Positions 8,127-16,975 of a stretch of 24,322 nucleotides of DNA are shown here, one piece after another. Source of the DNA: a virus. Lineage: Duplodnaviria; Heunggongvirae; Uroviricota; Caudoviricetes. Under the pieces are notes generated by a model, which saw only the letters and a list, made by a program, of their open reading frames with translations, ran no database searches and was not told the origin of the DNA. A program made the translations under genes and the position numbers. The stretch's first letter is position 1, and every line of letters starts with the position of its first letter. The stretch is taken from positions 64,001 to 88,322 of the IMG/VR virus record IMGVR_UViG_651703075_000001, one strand, 5' to 3'.

Positions 8127-8354
8127 TCATACCCCGTTGTTAACCAGGTAGGTCACCAGTTCAGTCCGGAGCTGGATAGTGCTGGGATGACCCTGAAGGG
8201 TCCAATCATCGTACTGCCCAGCCTTCTCTTTCAGGAAGCTATACATGGCTTCCTTTAGGTAGCCCTCGTCGCCAGTAAATTGCCGCTGGCAGAAGACTTT
8301 CATGCCCCGGACAGTATCTTGCTCCAGGATGAGGGTGATCGGTCGGCTTTTCAT
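8127..8354 (-). CDS. hypothetical protein
   Basis: RBS GAGGAGA; 75 aa. Confidence 0.7.
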   Translation of the reverse strand: MKSRPITLILEQDTVRGMKVFCQRQFTGDEGYLKEAMYSFLKEKAGQYDDWTLQGHPSTIQLRTELVTYLVNNGV

Positions 8355-8686
8355 AGTATCTCTCCTCTTTCACGGGCTTCAGCCTCAACGTCGTCCGTCA
8401 AGACTTTCTGAAATTCCATCGTACACTGGTAGACCATCTCATTCAAGATTCTCTTGTTGAGCCTCTTGCGACGGTTCTCGTGTTCCAGCACCTGGCACGC
8501 TTTTGGACGTTTTGGAAGCTTGCCTACCAGGCAGTCGTACTGCTCCGCAGTCAGCACCCTACTTACCTGGACACTTCCAAAACCGTTTCCAGGGTCGGTC
8601 ATAACTTCCAAATAGGAGACGTAAGCTAGACCATGAAACGTCTCTTCCAGGCTGTTCAGCTTCAACTCCGTCACGGCTAGTCCCAT
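8351..8686 (-). CDS. hypothetical protein
   Basis: 111 aa; overlaps neighbours. Confidence 0.7.
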   Translation of the reverse strand: MGLAVTELKLNSLEETFHGLAYVSYLEVMTDPGNGFGSVQVSRVLTAEQYDCLVGKLPKRPKACQVLEHENRRKRLNKRILNEMVYQCTMEFQKVLTDDVEAEARERGEIL

Positions 8687-9105
8687 AGCTTATACGACCT
8701 CACTGTCCCGCCCGAGTAAATATCCAGTGCCTTTGCTGCCTCAACAGCCTCCTCAGCGCTGGCCCCTGCCATCATGGCTCCCAGGGCGAACTGAGTGCCT
8801 GACCCAGCAGCCCGTGGCCTTTCAAGGTTCACCTTTTCGGAGTAGATGCCGCCGTCCCAGGAGATAAAGTGAAGACCATCTGCATCGAGAACCAGACCGG
8901 AAACCTTCAGCTCCTGGTCTTCCATTCCGTCGCCGTTCACATAAGCCTCAGCGAGAACTTTCCAGTCGCATACCGCCCCTGACAGCCAGAAAACAATGCC
9001 ATCCACTTCTAGCCGTTTTTCAGCGTCCTCGTCGGTGATTACCCCTCCCTGGGTGATCCTTCCATCGGTTGCAATGATCCCATCCTTGTAAGCGATGGTG
9101 GTCAT
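8677..9105 (-). CDS. HslV/proteasome-beta-like Ntn-hydrolase peptidase
   Basis: Starts M-TTIA..DG.I..DGRIT; has AGSG..FALGAM and A...DIYSGG motifs; ATG 9105 coupled to the upstream TGA. Confidence 0.8.
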   Translation of the reverse strand: MTTIAYKDGIIATDGRITQGGVITDEDAEKRLEVDGIVFWLSGAVCDWKVLAEAYVNGDGMEDQELKVSGLVLDADGLHFISWDGGIYSEKVNLERPRAAGSGTQFALGAMMAGASAEEAVEAAKALDIYSGGTVRSYKLWD

Positions 9106-9308
9106 GCGCGTCCTACCTTCTTCAGGTACAGACGAATGAGCGGGTAGCTGACAGGCAGCAGCCCAACGAGGATGACCACCCGGGCAGTCCACCAAGCCAG
9201 AAGAACAGCAGCATCCCAGACTTCAGCTCCGAGGCATGCCAAGTCCTCCCGGTTGAAGGGCGCTTGAAAGTGAAGCTTCAGTTGTTCCATTTTGGACATC
9301 TTTTTCAT
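9102..9308 (-). CDS. small putative membrane protein
   Basis: RBS GGAGGA; hydrophobic stretch AAVLLAWWTARVVILVGLLPVSYPLI. Confidence 0.65.
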   Translation of the reverse strand: MKKMSKMEQLKLHFQAPFNREDLACLGAEVWDAAVLLAWWTARVVILVGLLPVSYPLIRLYLKKVGRA

Positions 9309-9316
9309 GATTCCTC

Positions 9317-9505
9317 CTATGGGCAGCAGCGGGGAGAGCCCCCGCAGTAGAATTCACCTTCCTGGCAGTGTCCGAAGTAGTTGGGATACCCTGACCTGCC
9401 GCAATCCCCCGCACAGTCTACTTCGTCTACCATTCCGTTTTGTATTTCATTTTCCCACAACACCTCTCGAAGGTGTAAGGGTACTTTTTGCCAGTCAAAT
9501 CCCAT
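9317..9505 (-). CDS. Cys-rich hypothetical protein
   Basis: 62 aa; six Cys in the C-terminal half, ends RCCP. Confidence 0.65.
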   Translation of the reverse strand: MGFDWQKVPLHLREVLWENEIQNGMVDEVDCAGDCGRSGYPNYFGHCQEGEFYCGGSPRCCP

Positions 9506-9773
9506 TATAGCTTACCGAGTGGGCTGAGGACAGGTCCCAGATAAGGCAATCTTTCAGAACCAGCTCCGTCCGTTCGGGCCCATCTAATGGAACCAGTGCG
9601 GTCATCGAAGTACCGTCAGAGTAGGAATCTTTCACATGACCGAAACCTCCCTTGAAGAGGTATGTACGGTAAATCAGGTCATCATCGAACCCTTCCACCC
9701 CTTTCAAGTACAGCACGACACTGATCCCACGCTCCAGGTTTGAGATTGCCTCCTCGAAATTCACCTGCTTCAT
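9495..9773 (-). CDS. hypothetical protein
   Basis: RBS AAGGAGGG; 92 aa. Confidence 0.75.
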   Translation of the reverse strand: MKQVNFEEAISNLERGISVVLYLKGVEGFDDDLIYRTYLFKGGFGHVKDSYSDGTSMTALVPLDGPERTELVLKDCLIWDLSSAHSVSYNGI

Positions 9774-11332
9774 TCTCCCTCCTTCGCTTCAAGCCACATG
9801 GCACGGGTTTCCACCATGATATTGTCCAGGGTTGTATTCCCGTATAGGTGCTTCTTGCAGCGGGTGGCAGCAACGTACAGGAGATTCTGCTCCATCTCGT
9901 TCAAACCTACCCACCGCTTCTTGTCATCATACCCACTCGGATAGTCGTCAGCCAGGACAACCACATCAAACTCCCGACCTTTGGACTTGTGTGCAGTCGT
10001 CAGTACGATGTCTGCCGAGGGATCATTCTCATGGTCACGGAGGGCCTTGAAAATCTTCCACTGGTCATCCCCTTCGATGATCCGGCACACCCTGCCCAGT
10101 TCGCCCGGGCTCTCTGCGTATTCGTCCCGGAACTCTTGCCAAGAAGTGTAGCACAGTATGTTTTCGTGCTTCACCTTCTTCTCGTCACCCTGGTACAGGG
10201 CGGTAGCACTCTCCAACAGACGGATAAAGTCTCGGGTGTCAATCTCCAGTCGGACACTCTTGCCTTGGCCAATCAGGTTTACAGCATCCCACACCAAGGC
10301 AGCGTTGGTCCGATAGAGCCGGGCATGCTGCTCCGGAATTTCAGGCACCCCTTCGGCGTCACCGTCCGCCAGGAAGCCGTTGCTCTCCCATACCTTCGAT
10401 TCCAGCTTTTCCCACCCGTGAAGGGCTTGGGCTTTGCTGTTCTGTAGGATGATGTTCGCCACTTCAGCCACCTTCTCACCGAAACGGAAGCTGGTGGTGA
10501 GCTTGCACTCTGGGGCCTTAATCTTGGCCATAGCGTTCACGCTGCCACGGAAGCTGTAAATCTGCTGCCGAGGGTCACCGACCATGACCAGCAGGGAGTC
10601 CTGCTGACGCAGAACGATGTCCAGGACGCAATCGTTGGTGTCTTGGGCCTCGTCCAGATAGATCACCTTGTACTGGCTGAGGTCAGGCTTGGAGAGCTGG
10701 TACAGCTTCAGGTAGGTGTCGTGGTTGATCAGCGTCTGCTCGTTCGGGTCAATACGCTTCTTCCACAAGGCCTTTGCATATCGGAGAACCAGGGCCTCAT
10801 AGTAGGGGAGGTCTACACGGTCCTTCTCGGAAAGCTTTGCCAGGGGCATGTAGCTGATGTGCTTGACCTCAAGCTCCTCGTCTGCCGAATACTCGAATCG
10901 GTTCACCGTATCGCGGATCGCCTGGCCAATGCTGGAAGCCGTGACGGTGACCCCCATGTCCGATTCCATGCTGGCGATCTTGAAGTAGCGGGCAATCTCT
11001 GCCCCGGTCCCCAGGACGTTGACGTAGCCCCCTTTAGGGCGGCGAAGTTTCTCACTGAGCTTGGCCCCGAACACCCCGTATGCCAGGCCGTGGGTCGTCT
11101 TCTTTACCACCCACTGCGGGAACTTGTTCTTGGCCTCTTCTGCCATGGACTTGTTGAAGGCCAGGTACAGGGAGGTAACCTGGAGGCGTTGAGAGACCAG
11201 GCTCATGGTGGTGGTCTTCGCTGCACCGGCCCCCGCATTGATTTTCAGGCGGCGATTCGGACGTTGCTCTGCTGCCAGTTCTTCGGCAGCTTCCATGATG
11301 TCCCACTGCTCACTGGTCGGGGTGAAACTCAT
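9770..11332 (-). CDS. superfamily 1 (UvrD/Rep-like) DNA helicase
   Basis: AGAGAAKT, IYLDEAQD, VGDPRQQIYSFRGS, SFRFG, TAHKSKGREF, YVAATR; ATG 11332 with GGAGA RBS. Confidence 0.92.
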   Translation of the reverse strand: MSFTPTSEQWDIMEAAEELAAEQRPNRRLKINAGAGAAKTTTMSLVSQRLQVTSLYLAFNKSMAEEAKNKFPQWVVKKTTHGLAYGVFGAKLSEKLRRPKGGYVNVLGTGAEIARYFKIASMESDMGVTVTASSIGQAIRDTVNRFEYSADEELEVKHISYMPLAKLSEKDRVDLPYYEALVLRYAKALWKKRIDPNEQTLINHDTYLKLYQLSKPDLSQYKVIYLDEAQDTNDCVLDIVLRQQDSLLVMVGDPRQQIYSFRGSVNAMAKIKAPECKLTTSFRFGEKVAEVANIILQNSKAQALHGWEKLESKVWESNGFLADGDAEGVPEIPEQHARLYRTNAALVWDAVNLIGQGKSVRLEIDTRDFIRLLESATALYQGDEKKVKHENILCYTSWQEFRDEYAESPGELGRVCRIIEGDDQWKIFKALRDHENDPSADIVLTTAHKSKGREFDVVVLADDYPSGYDDKKRWVGLNEMEQNLLYVAATRCKKHLYGNTTLDNIMVETRAMWLEAKEGE

Positions 11333-11795
11333 AAAAATTCTCCTTAAATTCACAAAGCTTGGGGTATGCCAACAAGGCCGCCTTCATGTACCGACTGGCT
11401 TGCCTGTCGTCGATGAGGAGCAGTTTACGGACTTCCTCTGTGGAAATCAAGGGGAGGAAGGTAAATATTTTACGCAGAGCCGATTTCGACAGAGGCACCT
11501 GTCTGTAGTTGCCTGTCGTCCCGCTCACACCCTCCTTACCCCCGGCGCTGGACCGGTACCAATCCAGGTTGGCAACCCCGTGGAAGATGTTGTCCATCTC
11601 CAACGGCCAGGGATCATCCCTCTCAAACGCGATGAACGAGAACAAGGGCATCAGTTGGTTTTCCAACTGGCGCCCCTTCTTGTTCCCCTTGCGTTCTTTG
11701 TCAGCCCTGAGCCGATTAGCCCGCTTAATCAGCTCATTTGCCCGGGCTTCTATTCGGGAATAGTCCCGTATCGGTCCTCCATTCTCTTGATCCAT
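11310..11795 (-). CDS. conserved hypothetical phage protein, possible C-terminal HTH-like helices
   Basis: Long ORF between the helicase and SLOG genes; start uncertain (11795 or 11807). Confidence 0.65.
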   Translation of the reverse strand: MDQENGGPIRDYSRIEARANELIKRANRLRADKERKGNKKGRQLENQLMPLFSFIAFERDDPWPLEMDNIFHGVANLDWYRSSAGGKEGVSGTTGNYRQVPLSKSALRKIFTFLPLISTEEVRKLLLIDDRQASRYMKAALLAYPKLCEFKENFYEFHPDQ

Positions 11796-12352
11796 TCTGT
11801 TGCCCAACCTCTCGATTCCTCGTTGTGAAGGTTCGTCACCCGAACGCCGTGCGCCTTAGCCAGCTTGACGGCGGTGTTTGTGCCTCCCTGGACACTTCCG
11901 TCCTTGTTCGGAATAGCGAAGCATATTAGGAACTCACTGGGAGTCTCCAGATCATCCCCCAGCACCTGGAAGACATTCCTGGTGTGGAGCTTCTTCGCTC
12001 CGATGCTGAGATGTTCCCATGCAGGATGGAACTGCTGGGCAATCTGTTGGGCTCTGACTCCCAGATCGTAGGGGATGTGGGACAGGGATACTACTGCACC
12101 ATAGGCATCCCCGTGGTGCAGCCTGTCATAGAAACCGTTCCACGGGATGTAGATTCGCCCCTTAGAAGTGCCATCTCCGTCCCACACTTGATGCTTCCAC
12201 CAGCCTTCCTCAAAGGCTTGGTCTGCCCCTGGGGCTCCGCCTGTACGGAGGGTAATCCCAGCGGCGGATAGGTAGTACCCTAGCTTGACCATGATGTCAG
12301 TAATATACCCAGGAGTCTCCCTTGACCCCACACCTGTATAGAACAGACTCAT
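11750..12352 (-). CDS. DprA/Smf-like SLOG-fold (Rossmann) protein
   Basis: YTGVGSRETP, LRTGGAPGADQAFE, HTRNVFQVLG, GGTNTAVKLA. Confidence 0.8.
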   Translation of the reverse strand: MSLFYTGVGSRETPGYITDIMVKLGYYLSAAGITLRTGGAPGADQAFEEGWWKHQVWDGDGTSKGRIYIPWNGFYDRLHHGDAYGAVVSLSHIPYDLGVRAQQIAQQFHPAWEHLSIGAKKLHTRNVFQVLGDDLETPSEFLICFAIPNKDGSVQGGTNTAVKLAKAHGVRVTNLHNEESRGWATEWIKRMEDRYGTIPE

Positions 12353-12597
12353 GTGGTTACCTCGAACCCTTTAGATTCCAGGAAGGACGTGATGTCGTAT
12401 ACCTCCATCTCTCCCAAAATGTCCCGGGGATGGATATTAGAAATGACGTAATCCAAGATATCATCATCATCCAGTTGATCCAGAAGAGCATCTACCGTAG
12501 ACTTTACACCTGATAGCTCGACAGTCACTTCAGGCCCGGAATACGGATTGTACGTTGCTTCAACCTCGACCTTCTTAGCTTCGATCACCAGTTCCAT
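12349..12597 (-). CDS. acidic hypothetical protein
   Basis: RBS AGGAGGA; 82 aa. Confidence 0.75.
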   Translation of the reverse strand: MELVIEAKKVEVEATYNPYSGPEVTVELSGVKSTVDALLDQLDDDDILDYVISNIHPRDILGEMEVYDITSFLESKGFEVTT

Positions 12598-12606
12598 ACT
12601 TCCTCC

Positions 12607-13170
12607 TTATGATTTGTAGTACACGTGACGCTCTATTCTGAGCGTCTTTTTCATGGTTTTCGTCCAGCGTGGCATGTATTTCACCTTCGCGGGGTTCAGG
12701 TAGTGATCCGCCCCTCCCGTGGGGTCTTTGGACAGCCCTTTTAAAGCCCTCCAGGCTACTACCTTAGATTGATCCCACTGGGCCTTCTCCTGGATTCCTG
12801 CCTTTCGGCTTCCATCACAAGTGTACGAGAACTGGCAACGGAAGTACACCACTCCTGGAACTGTTGAAGGCCATCGGTCTGGGTTGTTCACCCTGTTGAT
12901 GATGACGTGGGCTACACCTTCCTTCCCTCTCCAGCTCTCACCCCGGGCTTCGAAGTAGATCGCCTCTGCCAGGGTTCTACAAGACTTCTGACGCTCGCAC
13001 AATACCTTGTAGGTTTCTCTTTTCTGGACTTCATCCAGAGGTTGACTGCTGAGGACCGCTCGTTTCTCAAGAAGATGGAAGCGAGAAGTCTCAATGCCTA
13101 CCATGATCTCGAACAGTAGTCCGGACGCGGCCAATAGAGTGCTCAGACAGAGCGCTTCTAGGGTCTTCAT
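12607..13170 (-). CDS. SleB-like cell wall hydrolase (Hydrolase_2) with N-terminal signal/anchor
   Basis: LAEAIYFEARGE, VAHVIINRV, CQFS, TGGADHY, I..HVYY; hydrophobic N-terminus. Confidence 0.9.
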   Translation of the reverse strand: MKTLEALCLSTLLAASGLLFEIMVGIETSRFHLLEKRAVLSSQPLDEVQKRETYKVLCERQKSCRTLAEAIYFEARGESWRGKEGVAHVIINRVNNPDRWPSTVPGVVYFRCQFSYTCDGSRKAGIQEKAQWDQSKVVAWRALKGLSKDPTGGADHYLNPAKVKYMPRWTKTMKKTLRIERHVYYKS

Positions 13171-13222
13171 TCGGGCTCCTTTCTGTCAGGTGGGTGGCAT
13201 GCCGGCATTGCGCCGGCACGAA

Positions 13223-13723
13223 TTACAGGAACGAGGCCAGGCCGTTCCGGAACACAGGGAAGGCGGTACTCAGGAATTCCCGGCTGAAGTTTTCTTGGCA
13301 GAACTTCACTTCATGCTTATAGCAGAAGATGACGAAGTTTGCTTGCTTGCTCTTCCGAGTTCGAGTCAGGAACACTCGTTTGACGATCTTCGTAGCCTGG
13401 CTCAACTGGAAGCCGTAAGGGGTCAGCTCCAGGCCTTTCAGTTTGGGATGAGAAGGGGCCAAGGTGCCGCTGCCTCGACCAGTTTCCAGCCACAAGCTCT
13501 TCGGCTCGTTGTGAAGATCGACTGCGGTCTGGAAAGACAGCGTTTGGAGGCCCTTACTCTTCAGCTCGGGAATGCTCGTATAGAAACTACCCGTCTCTGC
13601 CAGGAAGCCATAGCCCAGGCTGCCCATGAAACGGATCAGGCTGTCCATTTGAATCCATGCAGTGTTCTTGGCGGTCGCCGAGTCGAAAGTTGTACGATGG
13701 GTGAATCGCAACAGCATTTTCAT
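13223..13723 (-). CDS. hypothetical protein
   Basis: ATG 13723 with RBS AAGGAG, downstream of a promoter; 166 aa. Confidence 0.7.
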   Translation of the reverse strand: MKMLLRFTHRTTFDSATAKNTAWIQMDSLIRFMGSLGYGFLAETGSFYTSIPELKSKGLQTLSFQTAVDLHNEPKSLWLETGRGSGTLAPSHPKLKGLELTPYGFQLSQATKIVKRVFLTRTRKSKQANFVIFCYKHEVKFCQENFSREFLSTAFPVFRNGLASFL

Positions 13724-13751
13724 AGTAAACTCCTTCTGTGAACTGGAGGCC

Positions 13752-13780
13752 AGTATGCCTGGCCTCCTTGGGGTTGTCAA
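13752..13780 (-). promoter_or_regulatory. sigma70-type promoter with the -10 box in a perfect 9-bp inverted repeat
   Basis: TTGACA-N17-CATACT; GGAGGCCAG-N5-CTGGCCTCC (13745-13767); -35 box centred in GGTTGACAACC. Confidence 0.8.
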
Positions 13781-13782
13781 CC

Positions 13783-15054
13783 TCAGTCTACGGGATTTCC
13801 GTTTTCGTCCATTTCACGCCAGCACAGGCCGACTGGGAACTGGGGAACCAGGGTCTTCTTGAAACGGCCTTGGTATTTCACCTTCAGATAACGCCCGATG
13901 TACTTCTCCGGATTGGCCAGTTGATCCCGGCGAGCCGCATGGTCTCCGAAGGTTGTATCGAAAATTCCCGTGGCGTATTGTCCACGACCGTCTGCTTTCT
14001 CCTTCACTTTGGGGCAGAAGACGCGGAGAACTGCGTTCCCGTCTTTGCCTTCCACCACGTCAACAACCTCAAACTCCTCGTCGAGGAATTTCTTGTACTT
14101 CTGGAGGTCGGAAGATCGCTGGGATGCTTCGTAAAGCCCCGTCATGTTCCGAAGCATGATGCCTTCGTACCCTTCCATGACCACCTTATCGTGGTACTTG
14201 TCTACATCCTCCCGGAAGAAGATTACGTCCTGATCCACTACAAACAGGGTGGGGTTCCCCATAAGGTCTGCGCTATAGACAATTCGACGAAGTGCGTCTA
14301 GACGCCAAGAGAATTGGGTATCAACGGTAACACCCAACGCTTTACAGCTCACTACATCGAAGATGTGGTATTGCAACGCCGGACGCAGAGCAGCTATGTG
14401 GATTGCCAGGTCCAAGGCGTCTTGGGCTTCCTGGAGTTCAAAATCATCGGAAAACTCGTCGTCCTCGTACTTCATAAGCTTCTTCTCAGCTTTCTCCACC
14501 TCTTTCAAGGTGTCAGTACGCTTAACTGCCGACTGGATGTCTTCCAGGGACTCACCGTGCAGGTAAATCTCACCATCAAAAATGTCTCCAATCTCCATGA
14601 TCTGGGCCAGAGCCTCGGCAACGTGTGGCAGGATGTACTGCTCCCCGCCCCGACTACGAAGCTCCACACGCCCATCTTCATGTCGAAGAGCCAGGCATCG
14701 GACACCATCCATCTTGGGGCTGTAGATGGCGGGGAAGGTGATGGACTTGGAGCGCTTCAGGTAATCCTCTGCCAGCATAGGAAGGATAGGAACATGGTCC
14801 AGATCACTCTTATCTTCTCGGTAACCTGCCTTGAATTGCTTCTCAACCTTGGAAGTGGCTTCCAGATGGGCCTGCTGCTCGCCAGTGGTCTCGTTTGCAC
14901 GGCCTACGTTCTTCGGCTTGGAGGTGGTCACCTTGACAGTCAGCTTCCCACCCTCCTTTCCATGCTCCACGAATACCTTGTCACCTTCACTCCAGCAGCT
15001 CCACTGCTTGAAGTTGCCGCCCTTGTCCTTTTGGTACATCGTCACTTTTTGCAT
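13783..15054 (-). CDS. lig: ATP-dependent DNA ligase
   Basis: KMDGVR motif I, FDGEIY, YHIFD, EGYEGIMLR, LQKYK, YQG...PQFP. Confidence 0.95.
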   Translation of the reverse strand: MQKVTMYQKDKGGNFKQWSCWSEGDKVFVEHGKEGGKLTVKVTTSKPKNVGRANETTGEQQAHLEATSKVEKQFKAGYREDKSDLDHVPILPMLAEDYLKRSKSITFPAIYSPKMDGVRCLALRHEDGRVELRSRGGEQYILPHVAEALAQIMEIGDIFDGEIYLHGESLEDIQSAVKRTDTLKEVEKAEKKLMKYEDDEFSDDFELQEAQDALDLAIHIAALRPALQYHIFDVVSCKALGVTVDTQFSWRLDALRRIVYSADLMGNPTLFVVDQDVIFFREDVDKYHDKVVMEGYEGIMLRNMTGLYEASQRSSDLQKYKKFLDEEFEVVDVVEGKDGNAVLRVFCPKVKEKADGRGQYATGIFDTTFGDHAARRDQLANPEKYIGRYLKVKYQGRFKKTLVPQFPVGLCWREMDENGNPVD

Positions 15055-15066
15055 AAACCCTCCTTA

Positions 15067-15339
15067 TTAACGAAATTCACCGTCTGAGCTTTTTACCAGA
15101 ATGGCAAACTCATCCACCTCGCCGAGCGCTTGTACTCCAAACTGCTCTTCATACGGGTTGCTTCCATGTTGGTCAGCAACATGCACAGTAGTCAGATACA
15201 GCTCATCCATGAAGGCTCCCAGGGGAGTTGTTGCCGCCACTGCGGATACCTTACCTACAAGAGCTGCAAGCATCTTTGTCTCTTCGTAAGATAGCTCAAG
15301 CAACACCCGTTCGCGTTTCTTACAGTCTTGTGCGTACAT
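15067..15339 (-). CDS. hypothetical protein
   Basis: RBS AGGAGA; 90 aa. Confidence 0.7.
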   Translation of the reverse strand: MYAQDCKKRERVLLELSYEETKMLAALVGKVSAVAATTPLGAFMDELYLTTVHVADQHGSNPYEEQFGVQALGEVDEFAILVKSSDGEFR

Positions 15340-15341
15340 GT

Positions 15342-15758
15342 TTAATCTCCTTTTGGCATGTGGATGACTTCAACCCCGTTCTTCAGCAGGTAATCAATGC
15401 CTGCCGTCAATCGGTACTGGTGGCGATAGTACACCCTCTTGATGCCTGCGTCAACAATGTCGTGAGCGCAGTATTCACACGGGGACATGGTGGCGAACAT
15501 CCAGGCACCCTGAGCACTCTCCTGGCTGCATGAGAGCCACAGTAGAGCGTTTTTCTCGGCGTGCCGTACCTCGGGCCTGGTAACCCCCTCCTCGTTCTCC
15601 AGAGGGCCTTCGAGGCCGCCTGGTAGGCCATTATACCCCTGACTGATGATTTTGTTTCCCTGGACAATGACTGCACCAACTTTTGCCCTAACACCTACAG
15701 AGCACTCAGCGAAGGACTCGGCGCAGCGCATGAAAGCCTCTTTATGCTTCTGCTTCAC
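15342..15758 (-). CDS. dCMP deaminase (ComEB/cytidine deaminase-like)
   Basis: HAEKN and SPCEYC Zn motifs; KVGAVIV..GYNG; GTG start. Confidence 0.92.
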   Translation of the reverse strand: MKQKHKEAFMRCAESFAECSVGVRAKVGAVIVQGNKIISQGYNGLPGGLEGPLENEEGVTRPEVRHAEKNALLWLSCSQESAQGAWMFATMSPCEYCAHDIVDAGIKRVYYRHQYRLTAGIDYLLKNGVEVIHMPKGD

Positions 15759-16192
15759 AGGGAGTACCCCTGTCTTTTCTCTGGGTATTCCAACACATAC
15801 CGGTTTTTAACCTGTACACCGTTGATGGCGTTGTACGAGTCGATGCACATGTCCAGAACCAGCTCAGCAAAGGATTTTGACAGGTCCATCCCTGTCAGGT
15901 CTTCGATATTTGGGCACCGACTTTTAAGTGCGACTGCCCCTTCGTAAATCTCCTGCTGAGCAATGATAGCTTTTTCTAGGTGTCCCTCGGGAATATGTAC
16001 GTCTGGGTCGGTAGGGTCCATAACCCACACCTCAGCCTTTCTCACGGTGTTTGGCCAGATAAGGTGGCAGTCCCGCCATTTGTTCGGATGCCAGGAGCAT
16101 AGGCGATCCAGAAGGGGCTGATACATCTTGACCTTTGGGCGGTAAACCGTCAGACCGTTGTTCAGTTTCTCTACCACAATCATTGTCTTCAT
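15755..16192 (-). CDS. hypothetical protein
   Basis: RBS GGAGGT; 145 aa. Confidence 0.75.
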   Translation of the reverse strand: MKTMIVVEKLNNGLTVYRPKVKMYQPLLDRLCSWHPNKWRDCHLIWPNTVRKAEVWVMDPTDPDVHIPEGHLEKAIIAQQEIYEGAVALKSRCPNIEDLTGMDLSKSFAELVLDMCIDSYNAINGVQVKNRYVLEYPEKRQGYSL

Positions 16193-16200
16193 AGCACCTC

Positions 16201-16467
16201 CTAGGATGGCTTGCGTTGGCCTTTTCTGGTTGCTGTCCCCCGGCAGGTGAGGTCTCCTTTGGCCTGCTGCATCTTGCTGGCCTTCACAGTGTACCGCCCC
16301 TTTCCGTACTCTTCGTCTACGAACGTCTGGGCCTTCATCCTATCTCGGGTGTGTACGAATACATAATCACCCATAGCGTTCTGGATGTACCAGGTAGCTG
16401 GCGGTGCGAAGTCCAACGCCGAGAAGTCCTGGAAGGTCACCACGGTAGTTCTTGGGGTACTGCTCAT
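16201..16467 (-). CDS. hypothetical protein with basic C-terminus
   Basis: RBS AAGGAG; first gene after the promoter at 16500-16528. Confidence 0.75.
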   Translation of the reverse strand: MSSTPRTTVVTFQDFSALDFAPPATWYIQNAMGDYVFVHTRDRMKAQTFVDEEYGKGRYTVKASKMQQAKGDLTCRGTATRKGQRKPS

Positions 16468-16499
16468 GTCTACTCCTTGCGGGATTACTTTGCAGGGGC

Positions 16500-16528
16500 A
16501 TCCTAACCCAATGCACCTGCAATGTCAA
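16500..16528 (-). promoter_or_regulatory. sigma70-type promoter with spacer and -10 box inside inverted repeat 16490-16522
   Basis: TTGACA-N17-TAGGAT; TTGCAGG-T-GCAT-N9-ATGC-C-CCTGCAA. Confidence 0.8.
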
Positions 16529-16542
16529 CTTATTTCAGGCGC

Positions 16543-16570
16543 AAAAAAGCCCGCCACACTGGGCGGGCTT
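16543..16570 (-). terminator. intrinsic terminator
   Basis: AAGCCCGCC-N6-GGCGGGCTT followed by TTTT on the minus strand. Confidence 0.85.
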
Positions 16571-16576
16571 GATTGA

Positions 16577-16975
16577 TCAGCTTTCCACTGCTTCTTCAGC
16601 AGGCTCAGAAGGAGCCTCTTGCTTGGGACGCTTCTCTTCCGGAACCACAACGCTGTACAGAGCCTGGAGCATCAGACCTACCTGGTCCTGTAGTTCGGCT
16701 TGCACCACGGCGTAGCGGCCATTCACTTCCATGTAGTCCTTGGAACGCAGGAAGGAGTCCACCTTGCGGATTTTCTTCCAATCGGTGCCATCTGCCGTCA
16801 TCACTCGGTCGAACTCTTTGGCCAGGGGTTCGAGGTTGACCACCTTCACAGCCTGGTACAGTCGATCCAGAGTATCTTCGTCCGGCATAATCGGCACGAG
16901 AACACTCATGAGGGCGTCATGTGCCATTTGCTTGAACAGGTCCTGGCGGTTCAGTTGAGTTGCTTTCTCAGTCAT
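16577..16975 (-). CDS. hypothetical protein
   Basis: RBS AGGAGAG; ATGA coupling; 132 aa. Confidence 0.8.
   Translation of the reverse strand: MTEKATQLNRQDLFKQMAHDALMSVLVPIMPDEDTLDRLYQAVKVVNLEPLAKEFDRVMTADGTDWKKIRKVDSFLRSKDYMEVNGRYAVVQAELQDQVGLMLQALYSVVVPEEKRPKQEAPSEPAEEAVES

Noticed and set aside
13200-13218. TGCCGGC-N5-GCCGGCA hairpin as a terminator
   Set aside because: No U-tract on either strand; at most an RNA stability or processing element.
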